Assembly: GCA_965216315.1 (NCBI GenBank)
Contig: CBDCFN010000016.1
Location: 1,824,001 to 1,888,000 of the forward strand
Length of the DNA stretch: 64,000 bases
Direction of reading: 5' to 3'
Origin: a bacterium
GTDB taxonomy: Bacteria > UBA10199 > 2-02-FULL-50-16 > JAJFLM01
The position numbers and the translations under genes were made by a program. The notes beneath the pieces were generated by a model. That model did not search any database. It saw nothing but the letters and a program-made list of their open reading frames with translations, and was not told the origin of the DNA. Below, one piece after another: positions 29,814 through 39,888 of the stretch (the first letter of the stretch is position 1; each line of letters begins with the position of its first letter).

Positions 29814-31406
29814 GTGAAAAAACTAGGGGTTTTTCTCGGCTTCGTAGGGAGCCTCGTACTCGGACAGACCAGCTTCGCCTGGGACTGCAACGATCCGGCT
29901 GTTGACTGCAATACACTCATTGTGCAGAGCCAACCTTCCGGCGCCGGTCTCGCTTCATTCCAATCCGCTGCGCTTACAACCCAAACGGACACGCATATTG
30001 TTAAGGTTCCATCCCGCGAAGATGCGCATGAAATCATGGATAACCTTAAGCAAAGCCCGGGAGTTAAGCTCGTCGAGCCGGCGATGGTGATCGAGTTGGA
30101 GCAAGGCACCTTTGATCCGATTCCCGAAGATCCTTATAGTCCCTCTACATCCACCAACGGCCCGCTGCCATCTGAATCCATCTTTAATGCACCGGATGAT
30201 CCCCTCTTTGATTTTCAAAACCATTTTACCGGCAGCATGGGTTCAGGTCTCAACATCGATGATGTCTGGGAACGATTTACGGCATCAACAATTGTCGTCG
30301 CAGTGATTGATTCGGGCATAGACTATGAACACGTTGATCTTGCCGACAATGTTTGGACCAACATCGGGGAAATTCCAGACAATGGAATTGACGATGATGA
30401 CAACGGCTATGTCGATGACGTCCACGGATACAATTTTTACGACGATATTGCGGACCCCTATGATGACCATATGCATGGAACGCATATCGCTGGGATTATC
30501 GGCGCCGTCGGAAATAATGGCATTGGCGTTGCCGGCCTGCTCTGGGAAGTCCAATTAATGGGGCTTCGATTTACCGATGAAAATGGGATTGGCAACACCG
30601 CCAAGGCAATCAAGGCGATTCATTATGCTGTCGCCAATGGTGCCCGCGTGATCAACATGTCTTGGACCGTCAAAGCCAGCTCCGGCTCAAGTGGAAGTCA
30701 GGCCTTAAGAAATGTTGTTGAGTATTACGAAAACCATGGTGTCATTTTTGCTGTTGCTGCCGGCAACGGAGACGCAAGCTACCAAGGGATCAACATTGAT
30801 GCTGAACCTGTTTACCCTGCAGCGATTCCAAGTTCTAACATCGTGTCCGTCGCTGCTGCCAACTTAGACGGTGAGCTGGCTTCCTATTCCAATTATGGAT
30901 CGAAAAATGTTCACATCATGGCTCCCGGCAGTGGCATCCTCAGTACCATTCCCGGTGACGCTTACGGCCGCATGACAGGAACTTCAGCGGCAACCGGCCT
31001 CGTCAGTGCCGCCGCAGCGATGATCCTCACTGAAGCGCCCGAACTAACCGGCACTCAGGTAAAAAACGTCCTGCTGAATACAGTTAATTTTCAATCCGAC
31101 TTACAAGGCTATGTACAGAGCTCAGGAAGTCTTGACCTCCATGAACCACTCTATGCGTTAACTAATAACCAAGATATTGCCAACCAAGCACCACCAAGTA
31201 GTGCCCCATCGGTTAGCAACAACAACGGCAGCAGCAGCAGCAGTGTCGCAACTTCGCTCGACGCCTATCCCGGTGCTAGCTGCGCACTTGTCGGCAAACA
31301 ATCTCGGGGCAATACTTCGACAATACCTGCTTTAATTCTTTTTGCGCTTTTTATTCTCACATTGAAACGTGCTCTTCCCTCCTCGACCCCGCGGGCTGGC
31401 ATTTAA
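29814..31406 (+). CDS. Secreted subtilisin-like S8 serine peptidase with C-terminal Cys+TM anchor
   Basis: Signal peptide; VIDSG, HGTHIAG, AAGN, GTS motifs. Confidence 0.9.
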   Translation: MKKLGVFLGFVGSLVLGQTSFAWDCNDPAVDCNTLIVQSQPSGAGLASFQSAALTTQTDTHIVKVPSREDAHEIMDNLKQSPGVKLVEPAMVIELEQGTFDPIPEDPYSPSTSTNGPLPSESIFNAPDDPLFDFQNHFTGSMGSGLNIDDVWERFTASTIVVAVIDSGIDYEHVDLADNVWTNIGEIPDNGIDDDDNGYVDDVHGYNFYDDIADPYDDHMHGTHIAGIIGAVGNNGIGVAGLLWEVQLMGLRFTDENGIGNTAKAIKAIHYAVANGARVINMSWTVKASSGSSGSQALRNVVEYYENHGVIFAVAAGNGDASYQGINIDAEPVYPAAIPSSNIVSVAAANLDGELASYSNYGSKNVHIMAPGSGILSTIPGDAYGRMTGTSAATGLVSAAAAMILTEAPELTGTQVKNVLLNTVNFQSDLQGYVQSSGSLDLHEPLYALTNNQDIANQAPPSSAPSVSNNNGSSSSSVATSLDAYPGASCALVGKQSRGNTSTIPALILFALFILTLKRALPSSTPRAGI

Positions 31407-31456
31407 GCCAAACCCGCGGAGCATGAGGGAGTGCGCCGAGAGGCGTTAGGGAAGTT

Positions 31457-31756
31457 CTACTTGCGTGCCGAATAAGAGACCGCCACATGTGGGCGTATCT
31501 TCTCTAAACTTTTCTCTCCAATCCCCTTAATCTCCGTCAATTCGTCCACGGACTTAAAGGGCTGGCGCTGCCTCCGCTGTACGATCAAGGCCGCTCGCTT
31601 GGGCCCGATAAACGGCAAGGCCGAAAGTTCTTCGACAGTGGCCTTATTCAGATTGACCGGTCCTGCAGCCACCTGAGGCTGCGCAGCCGACAAGGGTCCT
31701 GCCAACAACATAAGTGCCAACACAACAAATGGGATCGTTCGTTTGATATGATGCAT
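31457..31756 (-). CDS. comEA: ComEA-family helix-hairpin-helix DNA-binding protein
   Basis: Signal peptide; VNLNKATVEELSALPFIGPKRA...FKSVDELTEIKGIG. Confidence 0.9.
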   Translation of the reverse strand: MHHIKRTIPFVVLALMLLAGPLSAAQPQVAAGPVNLNKATVEELSALPFIGPKRAALIVQRRQRQPFKSVDELTEIKGIGEKSLEKIRPHVAVSYSARK

Positions 31757-31772
31757 GATTTTAACCTCGAAA

Positions 31773-31985
31773 TTAATTGGATGCGGGTGCGCGCCGCGGG
31801 GGACGACGGTCGCGTACATGTAAACGACCATTGACCGGCGTTGCATCCAGGATGATATTGAGTGAATCGTCACGATTGACGAAACAGATTCCGATTTTAG
31901 TCCAGCGTTCCTTACCGCCTTCGGCAGTCCCGCTTTCTCGTTCCGATATAGTGAAAACGTCTTTCACGATAACCGATGACTCCAT
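31773..31985 (-). CDS. Small beta-rich hypothetical protein (70 aa)
   Basis: AGGAG RBS; WTKIGICFVNRDDSLNIILDATPVNGRLHVRD. Confidence 0.75.
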   Translation of the reverse strand: MESSVIVKDVFTISERESGTAEGGKERWTKIGICFVNRDDSLNIILDATPVNGRLHVRDRRPPRRAPASN

Positions 31986-32012
31986 ACGAGCTCCTTTCGA
32001 AGCTGTTCCTAG

Positions 32013-32028
32013 AGCAAACGGCGTGCCA
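32013..32028 (-). promoter_or_regulatory. Sigma54 promoter
   Basis: TGGCAC-GCCGT-TTGCT. Confidence 0.75.
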
Positions 32029-32126
32029 ACTAGAGTCGGCTTGATTTCAATACGTTTTTTGGGAGAGCAGTTACACGGTGTGCAAATGAGGGTTCGATTA
32101 TTGGACTCGCGAGACGCAAAATGAAA

Positions 32127-33101
32127 CTACATGCTGCGATAAACAAAATAATCAGGAATCGCTAACAGGGAATCCTTGGCCAAGGAAGGCTTGAAAATGG
32201 CCAGTTCATCCTTGGCTTGCTGAGCGTATTTATGGGCCAGGTCGCGCGTATATTCCAAAGCCTTGTACTTTTCCAATATTCCGATCACTTCTTTAAACTC
32301 CATCTCACCAAGTCGCTCGGCCATCAGGGCTTGCTTGATCAACTTGGCTTCACCGTCCGCGGCCTCACGCAAGGCGACCATCAAAGGAAGGGTCAACTTT
32401 CCTTCACGCAAATCTTTACCTCGGGTCTTGCCAAGCTTGTCTTCTTCTTGAACATAATCGAGATAATCATCGGCCAACTGGAAGGCCATGCCAATATTCG
32501 TCCCATAGTTGCGCAAAGCGAGCTGGAACTCTTCCGGTGCCTTGGCGAGCAGTCCCGCGACACCACTGGCCGCCGCAAACAAAACCGCGGTTTTATCGTG
32601 AATAATCTGCAGATAGTCCGCTTCGGATAAATCAAAATCGTTTGACTTGACCGTCTCAAAAACTTCGCCTTCCGTCGTTTTCGTAATCGTATCTGTAATC
32701 AGTTGAACGATTTCTATCTGCCCGGTGTGAGTGAAAACATGTGACGACTTGCAATAGAAGAAGTCACCGACCAACACACTAATGTGATTCCCCCATTTGG
32801 CATTGGCCGAAGAACGCCCCCGGCGCAGTTCGGCGTGATCGATGACATCATCATGCAGCAAGCTGGCCGTGTGGATAAATTCGAGGCCCGCCGCACATTG
32901 AACCGCCTGTTCCCCATTATAACCCACCAATTTACAGGCCAATAAACAGAGAACGGGGCGCAAGCGTTTGCCCCCATTAGAGATAATGTAATCGGCCACC
33001 TCAGTCACTAACGAGACATTGGACTGACAATGCGCCCTCATCGCATCATCGAGGCGATCCAGATCATCTTTAACGGGTACGCATATTTGCTCTAACTGCA
33101 T
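32127..33101 (-). CDS. ispB: Polyprenyl diphosphate synthase (IspB-like)
   Basis: GGKRLRP, LLHDDVID...RRG, FQLADDYLD, DLREGKLTLP. Confidence 0.88.
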   Translation of the reverse strand: MQLEQICVPVKDDLDRLDDAMRAHCQSNVSLVTEVADYIISNGGKRLRPVLCLLACKLVGYNGEQAVQCAAGLEFIHTASLLHDDVIDHAELRRGRSSANAKWGNHISVLVGDFFYCKSSHVFTHTGQIEIVQLITDTITKTTEGEVFETVKSNDFDLSEADYLQIIHDKTAVLFAAASGVAGLLAKAPEEFQLALRNYGTNIGMAFQLADDYLDYVQEEDKLGKTRGKDLREGKLTLPLMVALREAADGEAKLIKQALMAERLGEMEFKEVIGILEKYKALEYTRDLAHKYAQQAKDELAIFKPSLAKDSLLAIPDYFVYRSM

Positions 33102-33183
33102 GGGCCGGCAACTTATCAGAGGCAAATTGGTTGTCAAAGAGAATCTGGGGTGGCAGGATGCTCCGCTGAGTTAGGGGGTTACT

Positions 33184-34665
33184 ATGGCAAAGGACTTAAT
33201 ACTAAGCATTGATCAAGGTACGACGGGGACTACGGTTCTCCTCATCAATAAGAAGCTGAAAATACTCGAAAAATGTAACCGTGAATTCCCACAATATTAT
33301 CCTAAACCCGGATGGGTGGAGCACAAACCCGAGGAAATCTGGAATTGCACCGTGCGTTGCATCCAAGATGCCCTGCGCGTCGCCGATATCGACCCCGGTC
33401 GCATCGCCGCTATTGGCATCACCAACCAACGCGAAACGACAGTCGTCTGGAATCGCAAAACCGGTAAGGCCGCGCATAACGCGATCGTATGGCAAGACCG
33501 TCGTACCGCGGCCTTTTGTGACAAACTCAAAAAAGCCGGACACGAAAAGAAAGTCCAAAGAACAACAGGGCTGCTGCTCGACCCCTATTTCTCGGGGACC
33601 AAACTCAACTGGCTGCTGACTCATGTAAAAGGCTTGCGTCAAAAAGCCGCCAAGGGCGAGGTGCTCTTTGGCACGATTGATTCGTTTTTAGTCTTCCGCC
33701 TTACCGGCGGCAAAGTTCATGTCACGGATCCTTCCAACGCATGTCGAACGATGCTCATGAATCTCAAGACGTTGCAATGGGATCCGGAGATGCTAAAACT
33801 CTTAAAGGTTCCCGCAGCTATCCTTCCCGAAATACGCTCCTGCTCTGAAGTTTACGGCACGACCAAAGATATTCCCGGACTGCCCGACGGAATTCCCATT
33901 GCGGGGATGGCGGGTGATCAACAAGCGGCCCTCTTTGGCCAGGCCTGTTTCAATGCCGGTGAAGCCAAATGCACTTATGGCACAGGGTCCTTCATGCTCA
34001 TGAACACGGGATCTAAACCGATACCATCGAAGAGTAAAATGCTGACGAGCGTCGGCTGGAAACTCAACGGCAAGACGACTTATGTCTTAGAAGGGTCCGC
34101 CTTCATTGCCGGGGCGGCAGTCCAGTGGCTGCGTGATGGACTCAAGATCATCAAGAACGCCCCAGATATCGAAGGTCTTGCTAAGAAGGTTAAAGACACC
34201 GGCGGTGTCATGTTCGTCCCTGGACTCGTCGGGTTAGGCGCGCCCTATTGGCGCCCGGATGCGCGTGGTATCATCACAGGCATCAATCGTGGCACGTCTG
34301 AATCACATATTGCCCGCGCAGTGCTCGAAGGCATTGCCCTGCTCCAATCTGACATTGCGCATTCCATGGAAAAAGATGCCCGCAAAAAACTCAAGACACT
34401 CAAGGTGGACGGAGGGGCTTCCAACAATAATCTGCTGATGCAGTTTCAGTCCGACATACTTGGTACGAAACTCGTGCGACCTAAAATGGTCGAAACTACC
34501 GCGTTAGGGGCCGCGTTTCTGGCCGGACTCGCCGTCGGTCTCTGGAAAGATCAGGCGGAGATCGCCCGGGCATGGAAAAAAGACAAAGAGTTTAAACCAA
34601 AAATGAAACCAGCAGAACGCAAATCGCGTTTAACAAACTGGCAAGATGCCATTGAACGCGCTTAA
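33184..34665 (+). CDS. glpK: Glycerol kinase
   Basis: IDQGTT, GITNQRET, WQDRRT, GDQQAALFGQ, KCTYGTG. Confidence 0.96.
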   Translation: MAKDLILSIDQGTTGTTVLLINKKLKILEKCNREFPQYYPKPGWVEHKPEEIWNCTVRCIQDALRVADIDPGRIAAIGITNQRETTVVWNRKTGKAAHNAIVWQDRRTAAFCDKLKKAGHEKKVQRTTGLLLDPYFSGTKLNWLLTHVKGLRQKAAKGEVLFGTIDSFLVFRLTGGKVHVTDPSNACRTMLMNLKTLQWDPEMLKLLKVPAAILPEIRSCSEVYGTTKDIPGLPDGIPIAGMAGDQQAALFGQACFNAGEAKCTYGTGSFMLMNTGSKPIPSKSKMLTSVGWKLNGKTTYVLEGSAFIAGAAVQWLRDGLKIIKNAPDIEGLAKKVKDTGGVMFVPGLVGLGAPYWRPDARGIITGINRGTSESHIARAVLEGIALLQSDIAHSMEKDARKKLKTLKVDGGASNNNLLMQFQSDILGTKLVRPKMVETTALGAAFLAGLAVGLWKDQAEIARAWKKDKEFKPKMKPAERKSRLTNWQDAIERA

Positions 34666-35411
34666 GCGGAAAAAGCGTTTACGATTCCTGGCATGACTTC
34701 AGCAATGCGTTTGCGGGCTTGTTTGGCCTGGCTCCCGAGTTTAGGGAGTTCCCACATGGCCTGCGGATTTTTGGCGACATAGCGCATGACCTTGCGCTTG
34801 GAAATACGCTTTTCGCGGTCGAAGAACTCGCTCGGGTCCGGCACTTTATCCGTAACCGGATCCAACACGACACGCATCACGGCAAAAGGGGTCTGCTGCT
34901 GGGCGCAAAAGCGTGCCAGCCCGGCACTCTCCATGTCCACCGCAACGGCTTCAAAATTCTGACCGGCCGCTTGTTTTTGCGCCGGGTCGGTAAGGGCCTG
35001 TGTCACCGATAGGACCCGGCCGACTTTGAGAGCGTTTTCGGCGTGAGAATGCTGGCGACACAGCTGTTGCAGCTTCGCATCCGCATCCCAAAAGGTTCCG
35101 GGATGGTTCGGTAAGAGGGCGCAGACGTCGGTTGCTACGACCAAGGTTCCCGTCTCCATATCGTCGGCTAAAGCCCCGCAATAACCGGTCCCCACGACGG
35201 CTTTAATTGGAACCAGCTCGGCCAGCATGGCCAAGCCGGCCTCCATCGAATCCGCACCAATGCCCGTATAACCGACGATGACCGGCTTTCCATCGATCTT
35301 GCCGTCAAAAAAATGGGCTCGATCCTGCCGATAGGTCCGCTCAATCCCCATTTGCGCCTTGAGCCCCTGAATTTCGTCTTTAAGCGCCGCAACGATCACA
35401 AGATTGGACAT
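34662..35411 (-). CDS. Nucleoside phosphorylase-family protein, probably hopanoid-associated HpnG
   Basis: TGIG, GYCGAL, AVAVDMESA, RVVLD; divergent from hpnH. Confidence 0.75.
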   Translation of the reverse strand: MSNLVIVAALKDEIQGLKAQMGIERTYRQDRAHFFDGKIDGKPVIVGYTGIGADSMEAGLAMLAELVPIKAVVGTGYCGALADDMETGTLVVATDVCALLPNHPGTFWDADAKLQQLCRQHSHAENALKVGRVLSVTQALTDPAQKQAAGQNFEAVAVDMESAGLARFCAQQQTPFAVMRVVLDPVTDKVPDPSEFFDREKRISKRKVMRYVAKNPQAMWELPKLGSQAKQARKRIAEVMPGIVNAFSA

Positions 35412-35504
35412 GGCGACTTCCTTAACACTTATCTTGACAAAATTGGCAATTTCTAAAGAATGCCGAGTAAATTAGTTGTATTTTAGTGCACTTTTACGAC
35501 TTGC

Positions 35505-35580
35505 GGCGGGTGGCGCGAGCGATCCTTTGGAACGTCTCTTCAGACGCAGCCAAAGGATTGCGTAGGCGACAGGACCCGCC
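35505..35580 (+). other. Long imperfect hairpin in the hpnH leader
   Basis: Nested pairs GGCGGGT/ACCCGCC, GCGATCCTTTGG/CCAAAGGATTGC, CGTCT/AGACG. Confidence 0.6.
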
Positions 35581-35598
35581 CATTCATTAAGGAAAACA

Positions 35599-36600
35599 AT
35601 GGCAGTCCCAGCTTCACAGGCACTTCGCGTCGCTTCCTACGTTTTTACGCAGAAGTACATCAAGCGTAACAAGCGCTATCCCCTCGTCCTCATGCTCGAA
35701 CCCTTGTTTCGCTGCAATTTAGAATGCGCCGGCTGTGGCAAGATCCAATACCCCAAAGAGGTGCTCGACAAGCGCTTGAGTCCCGCGGAGTGCTTCAAGG
35801 CCGTTGAAGAATGCGGCGCCCCGATGGTAAGCATTCCGGGCGGTGAACCGCTGATCCATCCCGAGATCAAAGAAATTGTCGACGGTTTGATTGAACGCAA
35901 ACGCTACATCTACTTATGTACCAATGCGCTCCTCTTGAAGAAAAAACTGGATCTCTTTACGCCCACACCTTTTTTGACCTTTAGTATCCACATGGATGGT
36001 CTTAAAGAGGAGCACGATGATGCCGTCTGTCGCGACGGCGTGTTTGATGTCGCCGTTGCGGCCATCAAAGAGGCCGTAAAACGTGGCTTTCGTGTCACGA
36101 CCAATACAACTTTATTCGATAATGCAGAGCCGGGCCGGGTACGCGCCCTCTTTGATTTTCTCATGGACCTGGGGGTCGAGAGCATGACCATTTCACCGGG
36201 TTACAGCTATGAAAAAGCCCCCGATCAAGAACATTTTTTAAAGCGGGAACGCACCAAACAACTCTTTAAACGCGTCCTCTTTAAACCCAAAAAAAAGTGG
36301 GAATTTAATCAGTCTCCCCTCTTCTTGAAATTTCTCCAGGGTGAAATCGAATACGAATGCACTCCCTGGGGCAACCCGACCTACAACGTGTTCGGTTGGC
36401 AAAAACCCTGTTACCTCATTGGTGAAGGCTACGTGTCGACTTTTAAAGAGCTGATCGAGGATACCGAATGGGATAAATATGGCACCGGTCGCAATCCCAA
36501 ATGCGCCAACTGCATGGTCCACTGTGGCTATGAAGCGAGCGCAGTCGATGATACCTTTGACTCGTTTGGGGGCCTGATCCGCACTGTGCGAGCTATGTAG
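35599..36600 (+). CDS. hpnH: Adenosyl-hopene transferase HpnH (radical SAM)
   Basis: [42 protein letters not shown]. Confidence 0.93.
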   Translation: MAVPASQALRVASYVFTQKYIKRNKRYPLVLMLEPLFRCNLECAGCGKIQYPKEVLDKRLSPAECFKAVEECGAPMVSIPGGEPLIHPEIKEIVDGLIERKRYIYLCTNALLLKKKLDLFTPTPFLTFSIHMDGLKEEHDDAVCRDGVFDVAVAAIKEAVKRGFRVTTNTTLFDNAEPGRVRALFDFLMDLGVESMTISPGYSYEKAPDQEHFLKRERTKQLFKRVLFKPKKKWEFNQSPLFLKFLQGEIEYECTPWGNPTYNVFGWQKPCYLIGEGYVSTFKELIEDTEWDKYGTGRNPKCANCMVHCGYEASAVDDTFDSFGGLIRTVRAM

Positions 36601-36628
36601 GCCCTCTCCTTAATTTCCACAGAAAAAA

Positions 36629-36655
36629 GCAACTTTAGCGACACTGAAACGATGA
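36629..36655 (+). promoter_or_regulatory. Sigma28-like promoter
   Basis: GCAACTTT-N11-AACGATGA. Confidence 0.4.
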
Positions 36656-36665
36656 ATCCGATATC

Positions 36666-39056
36666 ATGTCGGAGACCCTCCAATGGCGAGGCATTCGCCT
36701 GACCAACAACCAGCTTAATCAGGCCCTCCAATGGGGTGACAGCGACTCAAATGGAAGCCTACTAGACGCCGCGGACCGCCTCCCTCGAGTGGAACTAGGG
36801 CCTCGAGATGGACTCCTGCTAATCAATGCGGGTCTCGCCGCGCATTACCGAAGTCATTTTACATCACACGCGCCCGCGGTCTCACGAACGTTCAGAGCCG
36901 CCGTTTCTACCAACCGCTCGCTTATCGCGCGTGACGTCTTGCAGCAGGACCCTAGCAAGACAAACATCACCCCACAGGATTTGATTGAAATTATGCGCCG
37001 GAACGGTGGCCACCCCGTCCGTTTAGGAGACCTCGCCTGGCTTTACCCCAATGCGCGCATTCGGGGCGAAGGCGAACGGCTCCAAACACTCCAGGCACGA
37101 AGACTTTTTAGTGCATCGCACCCACAAGGAATAACCCTCGCCGATGCCTTGCTGGACCCAGGCGGCGAACTCATCGTCAGTCATTTTTATGCCACCGAAC
37201 TCCGCAACGCCGCTCCGAGTTTCACTCAATTCATGACGAACCGTCGCAGCCAATCTGGAACTCGCACAGAATGCCATAACCCTGCCCAGGCCTTCGGTCT
37301 TCAAGCTTGTCACCCAGACTCCTGGCCCGTCGGACTGGATACGCTCCTCGAACATGCAAGCCTCGACATTCCGCGCGAGGGATCCCGTGATTTCTCTGCA
37401 GTCTCACGGCGCCGGAGAGAAGAAATTATCAGTTTCTTAGCCTCGGAATCATTGGCCGGCATAACGAGCAATCCAGAACGCATCAAAATCAACCTCCGAG
37501 CGGCACCGAACTCAAGTGAAGGTCCGGCGCGTCACATTCTTGCGCGACTCAACACGAGATTTCCGAAACTTCATTGCGACCCAAACAATGCCGCAGACAT
37601 GGCATTTCATTTAGGGAACCGCGCGCCGTCCAATGGAACGGTCTCTGAACAAACACGCCGGCGCGTTCTCCTAGCAATCCTTGATGATCCCAGTGTCAGT
37701 GTCTCATTTAATAATACTGACGCTAACAACCCAGCCCTCTTTAATAGGACTGCTGGTCGTCCAGCACTCCATTTCATGGCTCGCATTGATCCATCGGCTC
37801 CGGAACAGGTTATCTTCGGCATCCTGCATATCGATGCTCAGAGCTATAAGCCACGAGGAACGACCGGACATGACCGCATTCTCGCTCCGGGGGAAGGCTA
37901 TGATAAGCATGCGCTGGCGCAGCATCAGGGAGAGGTCGAGCCACTCTACCTCCAATACCAACGCTCAGAAAATTCGCCGCATCTGACGTTACGAAGGGCT
38001 TTCCTGGGTGATCACCTGGTAGCGGAGCCCATTCGTCCCGGTAACTACACGGGTGAACTCGCGGTGGCCTACGGTTCGGGAGGTCGCATCCTGCGACGCG
38101 CGGATACAACCTGGCTCCCCGGTATGCAATACCGCACCGGTAGTCAATCAGCCGCCTCCACCTACTTTTCTACCGTAGGAAACAGTCCCCTCTTTCCATA
38201 CGTCGAAGTCTATCCGGGCCAGGCCGACACGGAAGGCGCTCACCCGACCGCGCATCGTTATTCCCCTGGTACCTACACTTTGATCATCGAGGGGGAAAAT
38301 GGTGACTTTCTCACGACAGGTCGTCTGCTCTCTAGAAACGGCGGCACCGGAGTCGAAGCTGACAATACAACGGGCCTTCCCTTCGTGCGCGGCAGCCGCG
38401 CTCCGGGCGACAGCGTAGAGCGAACCCGAACCGATGTTGGTTTCGGCGCCTTTCTACGACGAAATCAATCGTATCATGATAATCGACTGATGGGCCGTGT
38501 TGCTCGCATGCATCTTGTCGGCAGCGTGCTGCCGCCTTTTTGGGCCAGTACAGCACCGTCACCAATCTTTGCCGACGGTTCTTATCGCGTCGGCGCCCAC
38601 TACTCGCCGGTCAATGCAGCCTGGATCGGTCCTCACTATGCCGAAGGCTATCTCTACAATCCGTTCAGCTCAACGGTAGGAGAGCCCCCTCAGATGGGGC
38701 TCGATCTCTACACGCGGCCAGGAGAGAATCCACGCCTCAACCTATGGGCGGATATCGTTGGTGTCGGACTCGGGCTTCATAGCATAGACACCGGCTTCTA
38801 CCTGGGTTTCAACGTCTTTGCCGGACCGCAGCTCTATGTCGGTACCCAAGAGGAAGGCCCCTTCGGGGCCGGTCTGCAGGCCAGTCTCCGCGCCTTTGCC
38901 GGTTGGCAACGCGGCGCCTTCGAATTGCGCGCCGTCAGCGAAGCGCGCTGTGAGGTAGGCGGTGGTTATGCTGCCAATGACGGCTTTGGCCATGCCGGCT
39001 GCGCTTGGTATCCCTTGATGTTCGAGATCGGCGCCCGTTCGCGCATGCATTATTAG
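36666..39056 (+). CDS. Hypothetical protein (796 aa) with an amphipathic beta-rich C-terminus
   Basis: Long ORF; no signal peptide seen. Confidence 0.7.
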   Translation: MSETLQWRGIRLTNNQLNQALQWGDSDSNGSLLDAADRLPRVELGPRDGLLLINAGLAAHYRSHFTSHAPAVSRTFRAAVSTNRSLIARDVLQQDPSKTNITPQDLIEIMRRNGGHPVRLGDLAWLYPNARIRGEGERLQTLQARRLFSASHPQGITLADALLDPGGELIVSHFYATELRNAAPSFTQFMTNRRSQSGTRTECHNPAQAFGLQACHPDSWPVGLDTLLEHASLDIPREGSRDFSAVSRRRREEIISFLASESLAGITSNPERIKINLRAAPNSSEGPARHILARLNTRFPKLHCDPNNAADMAFHLGNRAPSNGTVSEQTRRRVLLAILDDPSVSVSFNNTDANNPALFNRTAGRPALHFMARIDPSAPEQVIFGILHIDAQSYKPRGTTGHDRILAPGEGYDKHALAQHQGEVEPLYLQYQRSENSPHLTLRRAFLGDHLVAEPIRPGNYTGELAVAYGSGGRILRRADTTWLPGMQYRTGSQSAASTYFSTVGNSPLFPYVEVYPGQADTEGAHPTAHRYSPGTYTLIIEGENGDFLTTGRLLSRNGGTGVEADNTTGLPFVRGSRAPGDSVERTRTDVGFGAFLRRNQSYHDNRLMGRVARMHLVGSVLPPFWASTAPSPIFADGSYRVGAHYSPVNAAWIGPHYAEGYLYNPFSSTVGEPPQMGLDLYTRPGENPRLNLWADIVGVGLGLHSIDTGFYLGFNVFAGPQLYVGTQEEGPFGAGLQASLRAFAGWQRGAFELRAVSEARCEVGGGYAANDGFGHAGCAWYPLMFEIGARSRMHY

Positions 39057-39073
39057 GAAACAACCTTAATAAT

Positions 39074-39877
39074 TTAACGCCCTTCAACAACTGTTGTCAT
39101 CATGACCGGATGAGTCCGACCGCGAGGAAAGGTCGTGACCCCCAGCCGAGCGGAGATGCTGTGCTTTCTGGCCCGACGCGCATCTTGATGTTTGTAGGTA
39201 TCATGAAAAAAATCCCGTAACGGACCGGCATCCCCATCGATGCGGCGGCCCCGATCGAGCAATTCTAGAATTTCTGTCTCCGTCTTCGAAATAAATCTTG
39301 GCGCATCAAGAACTTTGCTGGCATTGACGACAATTCGACGAACATCATGATGGGTCGGCTGTGAGCGCGCTACCCATTGATCATATTCATAGATAATCCC
39401 TTCAATGATTCCAAGATGTTCGAGACTGCAGAGCATTTTCAAATAGGGAATGTCCCCTTTCTCTAAACGAATTCGTCTTTCGTAAGGAAACTCAAGCCCG
39501 AGGGATTCCAGATCGTCGACCTCTTTGAGCAAGAGTAACGACACCAAATTATCCAGGGCAGAAAGAGGGATTTCATGGTTGCTCAATAAAACGCCCCCCT
39601 TCAACATCTGACGCACCTGAGGATTTTCTTCCATCACGATCGACCGCAATGACGTCAAGTCTTGGGGAGTAAAAAAATCGACGGCGAGCCGATGGGCACA
39701 GAGGGCATCGATGCGACGCTCCAGCTGAGGGAGATAATTCCCATCAATCTGCCGCACCGGCACACCAAAGCCCTGCTCGGCCACCTTGGGCAACCAAAAG
39801 GATGTCATGGTCTGGCTCTGGGGCAGCGACCCCGTCACGGCAGAGACGGAAACGACGGGCAAGGTATGAATGAACAT
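39074..39877 (-). CDS. Hypothetical protein
   Basis: ATG 39877 with GAGGG upstream; no motif recognised. Confidence 0.65.
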   Translation of the reverse strand: MFIHTLPVVSVSAVTGSLPQSQTMTSFWLPKVAEQGFGVPVRQIDGNYLPQLERRIDALCAHRLAVDFFTPQDLTSLRSIVMEENPQVRQMLKGGVLLSNHEIPLSALDNLVSLLLLKEVDDLESLGLEFPYERRIRLEKGDIPYLKMLCSLEHLGIIEGIIYEYDQWVARSQPTHHDVRRIVVNASKVLDAPRFISKTETEILELLDRGRRIDGDAGPLRDFFHDTYKHQDARRARKHSISARLGVTTFPRGRTHPVMMTTVVEGR

Positions 39878-39888
39878 CTCAGCCCTCA

